From assembly GCA_004322365.1 (NCBI GenBank), contig SCTS01000006.1, positions 226,756 to 279,848 on the forward strand: a stretch of DNA of 53,093 nucleotides. The letters are read 5' to 3'. The notes under the pieces are model-generated. The model worked only from the letters and a program-made list of their open reading frames with translations, was not told where the DNA came from and did no database searches. Of the stretch, positions 35,983-42,777 are shown in pieces. The position numbers and the translations under genes are program-made. The stretch's first letter is position 1. Each line of letters begins with the position of its first letter. The stretch comes from Patescibacteria group bacterium (GTDB lineage: Bacteria; Patescibacteriota; Minisyncoccia; Phycocordibacterales; Phycocordibacteraceae).

Positions 35983-36179
35983 TTGGGCAGTATAGCAACA
36001 CTATAGTCAATCTTCTAAAGGACAGAAGAATTCTACTTAACAATAGAGCTTTTTTTTGAAAAAAGTGGTATTGTTTTGGGTGAAAGAAGGAGAGGAAGCA
36101 GCGTTCGGGGCGTAAGGAAGCCTTTCGCCCTCGCTCCTCGAAAAGAATACATGCGAGCATGATATTCTCTTTCTCGTCG

Positions 36180-36250
36180 CGGGGCGTAGTATACCGGTAG
36201 TACGTCTGCTTTGGGAGCAGATAGACCGAGTTCGATTCTCGGCGCCCCGA
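36180..36250 (+). tRNA. tRNA-Pro (anticodon UGG), no encoded CCA
   Basis: CGGGGCG TA GTAT ACCGGTA GTAC G TCTGC TTTGGGA GCAGA TAGA CCGAG TTCGATT CTCGG CGCCCCG A. Confidence 0.9.
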
Positions 36251-36470
36251 CAGAGTGAAACGAAGGAGAGGCGGAGGAAAGCACCTGCGTGCTTTCCTCC
36301 GAGAATCGAAGCGCGGAACGATGTTTTTCGTTGCGAAAAACCGTGAGCGGGCGATTAGAGAATCGTGCCGAGAGGCTCTGCGACCGAGCCGAACAGTTGC
36401 ACTCGCCAGTATGACGAAGCGTCAGGTGAGGCGAGAGTTGTAGGCAATTCTCCTCCTCCCCGACTAAGTT
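36251..36470 (+). other. GC-rich structured trailer element 3' of tRNA-Pro (paralogue of the tRNA-Gly-UCC trailer)
   Basis: 5' box CAGAGTGAAACGAAGGAG, a perfect 12-bp hairpin at 36273-36300, the anti-T-arm CCGAGAATCGAA at 36299-36310, and further stem-loops. Confidence 0.45.
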
Positions 36471-36474
36471 AAAG

Positions 36475-36876
36475 CTAGGATTCCAAAATTATATTTTTTA
36501 GGTGCCTTACTTTGGCAGTTTTGTTTTTCTGGTCAAGAAAGACTGCAATTACATCAAATTGCCAATCCCCTACCATTTCATGTGAAACAAGGTAGGTTTG
36601 TATAACTCGCTTCAATCTTTGAATCTTTTGTGGGTGAATGTTCTCCTCAGGGCGATGCGTTTCATGGGAAACGGAAGAACTATGGGGATCTGGCGTTTCC
36701 CATGAAACAGTCTTAACCTCAATAAATATAAGCTTATTTGAGATGTCCTTGAAGATAAGGTCTATTTCCCCATATGGTTTACGGTAGTTAGCGGATACAA
36801 ATATAAACCCTTTTCCTATAAGGAATTCTCTTGCTACATCTTCCCCGACTCTACCTACTTCGTTATGCTTAGCCAT
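36475..36876 (-). CDS. YraN-family (UPF0102) endonuclease-like protein
   Basis: 133 aa. VGRVGEDVAREFLIGKGFIFVSANYR..GEIDLIF......IFIEVKT. Confidence 0.72.
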   Translation of the reverse strand: MAKHNEVGRVGEDVAREFLIGKGFIFVSANYRKPYGEIDLIFKDISNKLIFIEVKTVSWETPDPHSSSVSHETHRPEENIHPQKIQRLKRVIQTYLVSHEMVGDWQFDVIAVFLDQKNKTAKVRHLKNIILES

Positions 36877-36890
36877 GTTTCACGTGAAAC
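36877..36890. promoter_or_regulatory. 14-bp perfect palindrome abutting the yraN-like start codon
   Basis: GTTTCAC|GTGAAAC. A second copy TTTCACGTGAAA lies at 37029-37040, and a degenerate TTTCCTGTGAAA at 37045-37056. Confidence 0.4.
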
Positions 36891-37125
36891 TACTTAAACT
36901 GTCTTTTACAAAAAATCTTTATTTAAAGCCATTTTATAGAATCATCAAACATTCACGGACAATCTATTATGTCCTTTATACACATAAGGCACAGTGTTAT
37001 CCACAAAAACCGCCATAAAGGTCAATAATTTCACGTGAAACGCGTTTCCTGTGAAATATAGCCTCAAAAGATGGGCTGGGGGTAGAAAAGCACCGCATGT
37101 CCTATTAAATTGATACCTCCCCAAC

Positions 37126-37154
37126 AAAAAATAGATGCTCAGGCATCTATTTTT
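37126..37154. terminator. Bidirectional terminator 3' of tRNA-Gly(GCC)
   Basis: AAAAATAGATGC-TCAG-GCATCTATTTTT. Confidence 0.75.
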
Positions 37155-37170
37155 AGAAAGTTTATCTTTG

Positions 37171-37241
37171 TGCGGGTATCGGGAATCGAACCCGAGTCTG
37201 ATCCTTGGCAAGGATCCATTCTACCACTAAACCATACCCGC
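37171..37241 (-). tRNA. tRNA-Gly (anticodon GCC), no encoded CCA
   Basis: GCGGGTA TG GTTT AGTGGTA GAAT G GATCC TTGCCAA GGATC AGAC TCGGG TTCGATT CCCGA TACCCGC A. Confidence 0.9.
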
Positions 37242-37363
37242 AATGTGCTTATTTATAGCACACTTCGAGTCAGTGAGACTAGGGGAATGCTCTACAGAAA
37301 CACTAATCTTATTTTGAGTGGATATTTGTTTGAAGCGAATGTGTAGCGTAGGATAGAACAGTT

Positions 37364-37435
37364 GCTCCTGTAGTGAAATGGATATCATAACTGCCTTCGA
37401 AGCAGTCGTTGGGGGTTCGAATCCCTCCGGGAGCA
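37364..37435 (+). tRNA. tRNA-Arg (anticodon UCG), no encoded CCA
   Basis: GCTCCTG TA GTGA AATGGATA TCAT A ACTGC CTTCGAA GCAGT CGTT GGGGG TTCGAAT CCCTC CGGGAGC A. Confidence 0.9.
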
Positions 37436-37560
37436 CAAAATAAAGGATGAGAATGCGAAGCATTATGGGACTATTATTTTGTAGCTCCCGGAGGGATTCG
37501 AATGGCGGAGGCGGCGAAGCCGCGAGCGAGTAGCGAGCGCACGCCGAGCCGGGATCGCGC
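37416..37560 (+). other. Inverted repeat that uses the tRNA-Arg 3' third as its left arm, followed by GC-rich trailer boxes
   Basis: TTCGAATCCCTCCGGGAGC (37416-37434) pairs with GCTCCCGGAGGGATTCGAA (37484-37502). The arms extend through CAAAATAA/TTATTTTG. Next come GGCGGAGGCGGCGAAGCC (37504-37521) and a GCCGAGCCGGGATC box. Confidence 0.5.
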
Positions 37561-37640
37561 AAATTTTCGACAGAAAATTATGCGTGATCGAATGCCTTTT
37601 GAGCTGTCTTGCTGGCAGATTCCTATCGTACAATGAGCCT

Positions 37641-39104
37641 ATGACGAAACTAGCAATCCCCAAAGAAGTCCTGATTGTTGCTGACGGTCTTGAAAATGCC
37701 GGATTTGAAGCCTACCTAGTAGGGGGTTGCGTGCGCGATATAGTTCTCGAGAAAAAACCAAAAGACTGGGATCTCACCACAAATGCAACGCCAGAAGAAA
37801 TACAAAAAATATTTCCTGAAACTTTCTATGAAAATACATATGGGACTGTTGGTGTAGTAGGGGAGTCAGAAGACCCAACACTTAAAGTTATTGAAGTCAC
37901 GCCGTATCGCAAAGAAGGAACCTACTCAGATGCTCGAAGGCCTGACATGGTGGAGTTTGGTGTTTCTTTGGAAGAAGATTTAAAACGACGAGATTTTACT
38001 GTCAACGCCATTGCGTACCGACCAAAAACAGGGGAGATGGTGGACCTACACGGAGGCCATGAAGACATAAAAAACCGCTTAATTAGAGCCGTAGGAAACC
38101 CAAACACACGATTTCAAGAAGATGCTCTTCGCATGATGCGTGCCGTTCGTCTTTCTGCAGAATTAGGATTTGCTATCGAACAAGAAACGGCTGAGGCATT
38201 GCATACAAATGCTTCACAACTTGAAAAAATATCTAAAGAAAGAATTCGCGACGAATTTGTTCGCATCCTTGAAACTGCAACGCCAATGCAGGCAATCTTT
38301 CTTTCACAAAAACTAGGGCTTCTAAAATATATTGCCCCCGACTTAGAGCTCGGTATCGGCATAGGACAAAACCAAGCACATTCATTCGATGTGTTTGAGC
38401 ACCTCGTGCGCGCCATGCAACACGCAGCTGATAAAGAATGGACAACTACTATTCGCTTAGCGGCACTCTTTCATGATGTTGGTAAGCCAGAAACACGTCG
38501 ATGGTCTGACGAAAAGAAAGATTGGACATTCCATGGACATGAAGTCATCGGCGCCCGAATCACAAAAAAAGCCCTGCGCGAGCTCAAGTTCCCCAATGAG
38601 GTGATAGAAATAGCCGTCAAATTAGTGCGTTGGCACATGTTCTTTTCAGACCCCGACAAAATTACGCTTTCAGCCGTTAGGCGCATGATAGTTAATGTTG
38701 GACAGGAAAATATTTGGGACCTACTGAATCTCCGCATCTGTGACCGCATTGGTACTGGTCGGCCCAAAGAACAGCCGTTCCGTTTTCGTAAATATAAATC
38801 GATGGTAGATGAAGCGTTGCGTGACCCTATTTCAGTTGCAATGCTGGCAGTTGATGGAGAGATGGTTATAAAAATACTTGGCGAAAAACCAGGGCCCCGC
38901 GTTGGTTGGATACTGCATGCATTACTAGAGGAGGTACTAGAGGACCCAAAAAAGAATACAAAAGAGTACCTAGAAGAAAAAGTTAAAGTTCTTTCTCTAA
39001 TGGAAGACTCTGCATTAAAAGAAATGGGTGAGGAAGGTAAGAAAGCCCGCGAAAAAGCGGAGGAGAAAGAGCTCGAAGAAATTCGAGCGAAATATCATGT
39101 CTAA
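37641..39104 (+). CDS. cca: CCA-adding tRNA nucleotidyltransferase (poly(A) polymerase family with HD domain)
   Basis: GFEAYLVGGCVRD, DWDLTT, RDFTVNA and HD region LFHDVGKP. Start set at ATG 37641. Confidence 0.87.
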   Translation: MTKLAIPKEVLIVADGLENAGFEAYLVGGCVRDIVLEKKPKDWDLTTNATPEEIQKIFPETFYENTYGTVGVVGESEDPTLKVIEVTPYRKEGTYSDARRPDMVEFGVSLEEDLKRRDFTVNAIAYRPKTGEMVDLHGGHEDIKNRLIRAVGNPNTRFQEDALRMMRAVRLSAELGFAIEQETAEALHTNASQLEKISKERIRDEFVRILETATPMQAIFLSQKLGLLKYIAPDLELGIGIGQNQAHSFDVFEHLVRAMQHAADKEWTTTIRLAALFHDVGKPETRRWSDEKKDWTFHGHEVIGARITKKALRELKFPNEVIEIAVKLVRWHMFFSDPDKITLSAVRRMIVNVGQENIWDLLNLRICDRIGTGRPKEQPFRFRKYKSMVDEALRDPISVAMLAVDGEMVIKILGEKPGPRVGWILHALLEEVLEDPKKNTKEYLEEKVKVLSLMEDSALKEMGEEGKKAREKAEEKELEEIRAKYHV

Positions 39105-39148
39105 GTGAAGAGGGATTAGGCGATGCCACATCGGGTCCGTAGGGACCA

Positions 39149-39170
39149 TTTAGCGTTTAGGGTCTAGGGG
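39149..39170 (-). repeat. Reverse-orientation CTAAACGCTAA heptad element 3' of cca
   Basis: TTTAGCGTTTAGGGTCTAGGGG. Confidence 0.6.
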
Positions 39171-39182
39171 AAGAAAAGACTG

Positions 39183-39208
39183 ATGTGCTAAACCCGGGTT
39201 TAGCACAT
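39183..39208. repeat. 26-bp perfect palindrome (copy A)
   Basis: ATGTGCTAAACCC|GGGTTTAGCACAT. Its 24-bp core is identical to 39474-39497. Confidence 0.9.
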
Positions 39209-39229
39209 TTTGATGTCCTTTAAAATAGA

Positions 39230-39268
39230 AAAAGCTCGCTGTACGGAATCCCCGTATAGCGAGCTTTT
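39230..39268. terminator. Long hairpin with flanking A and T runs (bidirectional terminator-like)
   Basis: AAAAGCTCGCTGTACGG-AATCC-CCGTATAGCGAGCTTTT. Confidence 0.6.
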
Positions 39269-39440
39269 AAGGGCAGATGCCTTTATAGCGCCTCTTTATC
39301 AATGTTTTTTGAAAGCGCGTATAACTTGGGCTTCTGATCTGCCTCAAGAAAGAACTGTCCTATATGATTATCTCCTGTCCTTTAAAAATTCCTAGTCTCA
39401 CCCTGTGCATATCATGCCCAGATATTCACTCAAATCCTTA

Positions 39441-39466
39441 ATGTGCAACCTCCGGAGGTTGCACAT
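39441..39466. repeat. 26-bp perfect palindrome with arms related to copies A/A'
   Basis: ATGTGCAACCTCC|GGAGGTTGCACAT. Confidence 0.9.
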
Positions 39467-39473
39467 GTAGTGC

Positions 39474-39497
39474 TGTGCTAAACCCGGGTTTAGCACA
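39474..39497. repeat. 24-bp perfect palindrome (copy A'), ending 1 nt before the xth stop codon
   Basis: TGTGCTAAACCC|GGGTTTAGCACA. Confidence 0.9.
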
Positions 39498-39498
39498 C

Positions 39499-40296
39499 TT
39501 ACTGGAGCTTGATTTCGAGGGTGACAGGGCAGTGGTCAGAGCCTAAAACTTGTGGGAGGATTTCTGCTTTTTTTACAGAAGAAGTAAGTGCTTTGCTTAC
39601 AAAAAAGTAATCAATACGCCAACCAACATTTCGCTCACGAGACTTTGCAAAATGACTCCACCAACTGTAATTGCCATTCCCTTTAGTAAAAATTCGGAAT
39701 GAATCAACAAAGCCTGCTTTTACGACCGCATCTATTCCTTCTCGTTCTTCTTTTGTGAATCCATGTTCACCCTCATTTGCCTTCGGGTTCGCCAAATCGT
39801 CTTCGGTGTGTGCCACATTCAAATCACCGCAGAAAATGACCGGTTTCTTCTTTTCTAACTCTTTCATGTATTGGAGGAATGCTTTATCCCACGCCACGTG
39901 ACGGAGCTCTAGACGGCTTAAATCACCCTTTGAGTTTGGCGTGTATACGGTAACTACAAAAAAATCTTCAAATTCAAGCGCTAGCACACGACCTTCTTTG
40001 TTTGTGTCTCCGTATGAATCTTGAAGCTTAAATTTTGAAACAATGTTGCTTGGAAAATCGAGAAGGACACTCTCGGGTTTCACGCGCGTAAAAATTGCTG
40101 TTCCTGCATAGCCTTTTTTCACCGCTGAGTTCCAATACTCTTCGTAGTCAGGTAAATCGACTTCAGACTGATACTGTTCTGCCTTTGTTTCTTGTAAACA
40201 GAGAATGTCTGGCTTGTATTTCTCTACAAACGGTACAAAAAGATCCTTCCTATGGACTGCCCGAATGCCGTTCACGTTCCACGATATGAGTTTCAT
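39499..40296 (-). CDS. xth: Exodeoxyribonuclease III (AP endonuclease)
   Basis: 265 aa. MKLISWNVNGIRA, LCLQETK, GDLNVAH and SDHCPV. Confidence 0.93.
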   Translation of the reverse strand: MKLISWNVNGIRAVHRKDLFVPFVEKYKPDILCLQETKAEQYQSEVDLPDYEEYWNSAVKKGYAGTAIFTRVKPESVLLDFPSNIVSKFKLQDSYGDTNKEGRVLALEFEDFFVVTVYTPNSKGDLSRLELRHVAWDKAFLQYMKELEKKKPVIFCGDLNVAHTEDDLANPKANEGEHGFTKEEREGIDAVVKAGFVDSFRIFTKGNGNYSWWSHFAKSRERNVGWRIDYFFVSKALTSSVKKAEILPQVLGSDHCPVTLEIKLQ

Positions 40297-40309
40297 ACTT
40301 CAAAACATG

Positions 40310-41212
40310 TTACTTCACTCTTTTCTTTCCATGAAACGCCTTATGGACATCGAGGAGGTGTTTGTCAGTAACATGGGTGTAAATCTGGGTAGTGGCAATA
40401 TTTGCATGACCTAAAAGGGCTTGAACGCTACGCAAATCAGCCCCATTTTCCAAAAGATCAGTTGCAAATGAGTGCCGTATGACATGCGGAGTGACTTTTT
40501 TTGTAATACCCGCCTTAATGGCGCAACTCTTTATAATGTTCTCTATAGAACGAGGCGTAAGGCGTGAAGGAATTTTTTTTCCTGTACTGTGTCGAACAAA
40601 CAAAGCTTCCGCCATATCTTGTCGTGCTTTTAAATATGCAGACACGCTGGTCTTTGCGGTAGGGGAGAGAAATACTACACGCACCTTATCGCCCTTCCCA
40701 CGAACAGAAAGTTCGTCACGGGAAAGGTCTAAATCGGTATCAAGGGCACACAATTCGGAAACACGAAGTCCTGTTGAAAAAAACATTTCCATAATTGCTC
40801 TGTCTCGAAGCTCTTTTAATCCATTACCAACCGGAGCTTTCATTAACCGCTCTAACTCGGTTGCCGTAATGAGGTCGAGCGAACGCTCAGGAACCTTTGC
40901 AAGTTCAATGTGCTCAGGTGGAAGCGCTTTAATACCTCGTTTGGCTAAAAACTTTAGAAATGCACGGAGTGCAATGAGATAGTAGTTCTGAGTCTTGCGT
41001 TTCATCATGTTGCCATTCGTACCTGGCTGGCGATTGAGCCACAAGCGAAATTCACGAAGTTTTTCTTCACTTACATCAGCAACATCACTCGCTTTTGAAA
41101 ATTCGAGGAAGCGAGAAAGGTAGTGGTCGTAATTTTCAACAGTTTTTATGCTCCGACCTTTAGTGATCTCAATATATTCAAGAAATTCTCGTTTCAGGTT
41201 CTGAATATCCAT
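40310..41212 (-). CDS. Tyrosine recombinase XerC/XerD-like
   Basis: C-terminal catalytic region TPHVIRHSFATDLLENGADLRSVQALLGHANIATTQIYTHV. Start set at ATG 41212. Confidence 0.87.
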   Translation of the reverse strand: MDIQNLKREFLEYIEITKGRSIKTVENYDHYLSRFLEFSKASDVADVSEEKLREFRLWLNRQPGTNGNMMKRKTQNYYLIALRAFLKFLAKRGIKALPPEHIELAKVPERSLDLITATELERLMKAPVGNGLKELRDRAIMEMFFSTGLRVSELCALDTDLDLSRDELSVRGKGDKVRVVFLSPTAKTSVSAYLKARQDMAEALFVRHSTGKKIPSRLTPRSIENIIKSCAIKAGITKKVTPHVIRHSFATDLLENGADLRSVQALLGHANIATTQIYTHVTDKHLLDVHKAFHGKKRVK

Positions 41213-41246
41213 ATATAAAGTATATCGTGAACTTCGCACAATATTC

Positions 41247-41275
41247 TTGCGAAAAGCCTAAGTGCGTGGTATATT
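41247..41275 (+). promoter_or_regulatory. Sigma-70-type promoter of rpsO. The predicted TSS falls at or next to the ATG.
   Basis: TTGCGA, a 17-nt spacer, then TATATT. The -10 box ends 7 nt before ATG 41283. Confidence 0.4.
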
Positions 41276-41282
41276 GGCGCAC

Positions 41283-41549
41283 ATGCTCACCAAAACGCAG
41301 AAAGCACGGGTTATGAAGACCGTACAGAAACACCAGACTGATACTGGCTCAGCATCTGTTCAAGTTGCCCTTTTAACGAAACAAATCGGTGAATTAACTA
41401 CTCACTTACGCAAGCACCTTAAGGATAAGCACTCTCGCCGAGGCCTTCTTCAAATGGTTGCCGACCGCCGAAGCCACCTCAAATACCTCGAAAAGTCCGA
41501 CAAAAAAGAATACAACAAGGTCATCAAGAACTTGGGCTTGAAAAAGTAG
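41283..41549 (+). CDS. rpsO: 30S ribosomal protein S15
   Basis: 88 aa. DTGSASVQVALLTKQIGELTTHLRKHLKDKHSRRGLLQMVADRR. Confidence 0.93.
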   Translation: MLTKTQKARVMKTVQKHQTDTGSASVQVALLTKQIGELTTHLRKHLKDKHSRRGLLQMVADRRSHLKYLEKSDKKEYNKVIKNLGLKK

Positions 41550-41942
41550 TTTGTCCTCACTTATTTAGTGAATTTGTTTTTTGAGTTTGCTACTGAAGTA
41601 GTATAGTTACTACTTAGGAAAGTAGTTTTCATACTTAATCCATATGGGAGAAGCAGGAACATTTCGTGAAGGCAGTGGATTACTCAGGAGCCCTGGCCGT
41701 AATGAACGAGCTCAAGAGGCGCGAGACGCCATAACCAGGCTCATCAACGGACCTAGAGATCCTCGTACCAAAGATGGACGACGACGGACCTTGGGAACAG
41801 CCTGAATCTTTTTTACTCGACAGGAAGTAGTATGAAGAGACGGCTACATCCGTTCTTCTTGTAAACTACTCTGACCCTAGACCGTCTATACTCAAGAGGT
41901 CGATATTTTTAAATTAATTATTTATTTTCATTAAGCTAGTTC

Positions 41943-41967
41943 CTAGAAGCTAGCACCTAAAACCTAA
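41943..41967 (+). repeat. Heptad leader repeat 5' of the NYN-domain gene
   Basis: CTAGAAGCTAGCACCTAAAACCTAA, then TTTAT ATG. Confidence 0.55.
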
Positions 41968-41972
41968 TTTAT

Positions 41973-42596
41973 ATGGCAGCAATTAAACACAAAGCACAGA
42001 GGGTAGGCGTTTTCATAGACACACAAAATCTCTACCACAGTGCAAAAAACTTATACAAAGCACGCGTCAATTTCGCAAATGTTCTTAAAGAATCAGTAGC
42101 AGGGCGCATTCTCATTCGCGCAGTTGCCTATGTAGTGACAACAGAATCTGGCGAAGAGAAAGCGTTTTTTGACGCACTTACAAAAATCGGTATCGAAACT
42201 AAAACAAAAGACCTCCAAATTTTCTATGGTGGCGCAAAGAAGGCAGACTGGGATGTTGGTATGGCAGTTGACGCTGTGAAGATGGCTCCTAAATTGGACG
42301 CCGTTATTCTCGCAACAGGGGATGGCGACTTCGTACCGCTCGTTGAATATCTAAAAAATAGCCACGGTACGCAAGTAGAAGTAATCTCCTTTGGTAAATC
42401 ATCTTCGGCACGACTCATAGAGTCAGCAAATGACTTCATAGATATGTCAGAGGAGCCTAAAAAATTCCTCATGCCTCACGGCAAAAACTTCCTCGATATG
42501 GCAGCAGAAGCAATTGGCACTGCTCCAAAACACGAAACATTCGATGATGACGACTCTGCTCCTATGGTAGTTGGGTCAGATACGGATGAGAGATAG
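41973..42596 (+). CDS. NYN-domain (LabA/DUF88-like) predicted ribonuclease
   Basis: 207 aa. VGVFIDTQNLYHSAK, KKADWDVGMAVD and ILATGDGDFVPLVEYL. Confidence 0.78.
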   Translation: MAAIKHKAQRVGVFIDTQNLYHSAKNLYKARVNFANVLKESVAGRILIRAVAYVVTTESGEEKAFFDALTKIGIETKTKDLQIFYGGAKKADWDVGMAVDAVKMAPKLDAVILATGDGDFVPLVEYLKNSHGTQVEVISFGKSSSARLIESANDFIDMSEEPKKFLMPHGKNFLDMAAEAIGTAPKHETFDDDDSAPMVVGSDTDER

Positions 42597-42599
42597 ACG

Positions 42600-42637
42600 G
42601 GAAGCTTTCAGGTTCCAGCTGTCAGCTTCCAGCTTTT
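42600..42637 (-). repeat. Heptad repeat (reverse orientation) just 3' of the NYN gene stop
   Basis: GGAAGCTTTCAGGTTCCAGCTGTCAGCTTCCAGCTTTT. Confidence 0.65.
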
Positions 42638-42777
42638 TCTAAAAAGCGAACATCAAAGAAAAACGTCTTTCACAAAAGGCGTTTTTTGCTATACTCAACA
42701 TATTAAAAGCGAGGTTCTCAGATAGGCAGGACGGCTCGCCGAACCTGAAATCTGCGAATCTCATAACAAAGAGATAC

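Noticed and set aside
39210-39395. A 61-aa ORF in the cca-xth spacer.
   Set aside because: It is crossed by a 13-bp-stem terminator-like hairpin with A/T runs and bounded by palindromes. It has no RBS and an unremarkable composition.
40310-41212. A tyrosine recombinase near a tRNA cluster as a sign of an integrated mobile element.
   Set aside because: The sequence carries the XerC/XerD-type catalytic region. The flanking genes are housekeeping (xth, rpsO). I saw no direct repeats of tRNA 3' ends, phage genes or a compositional break.
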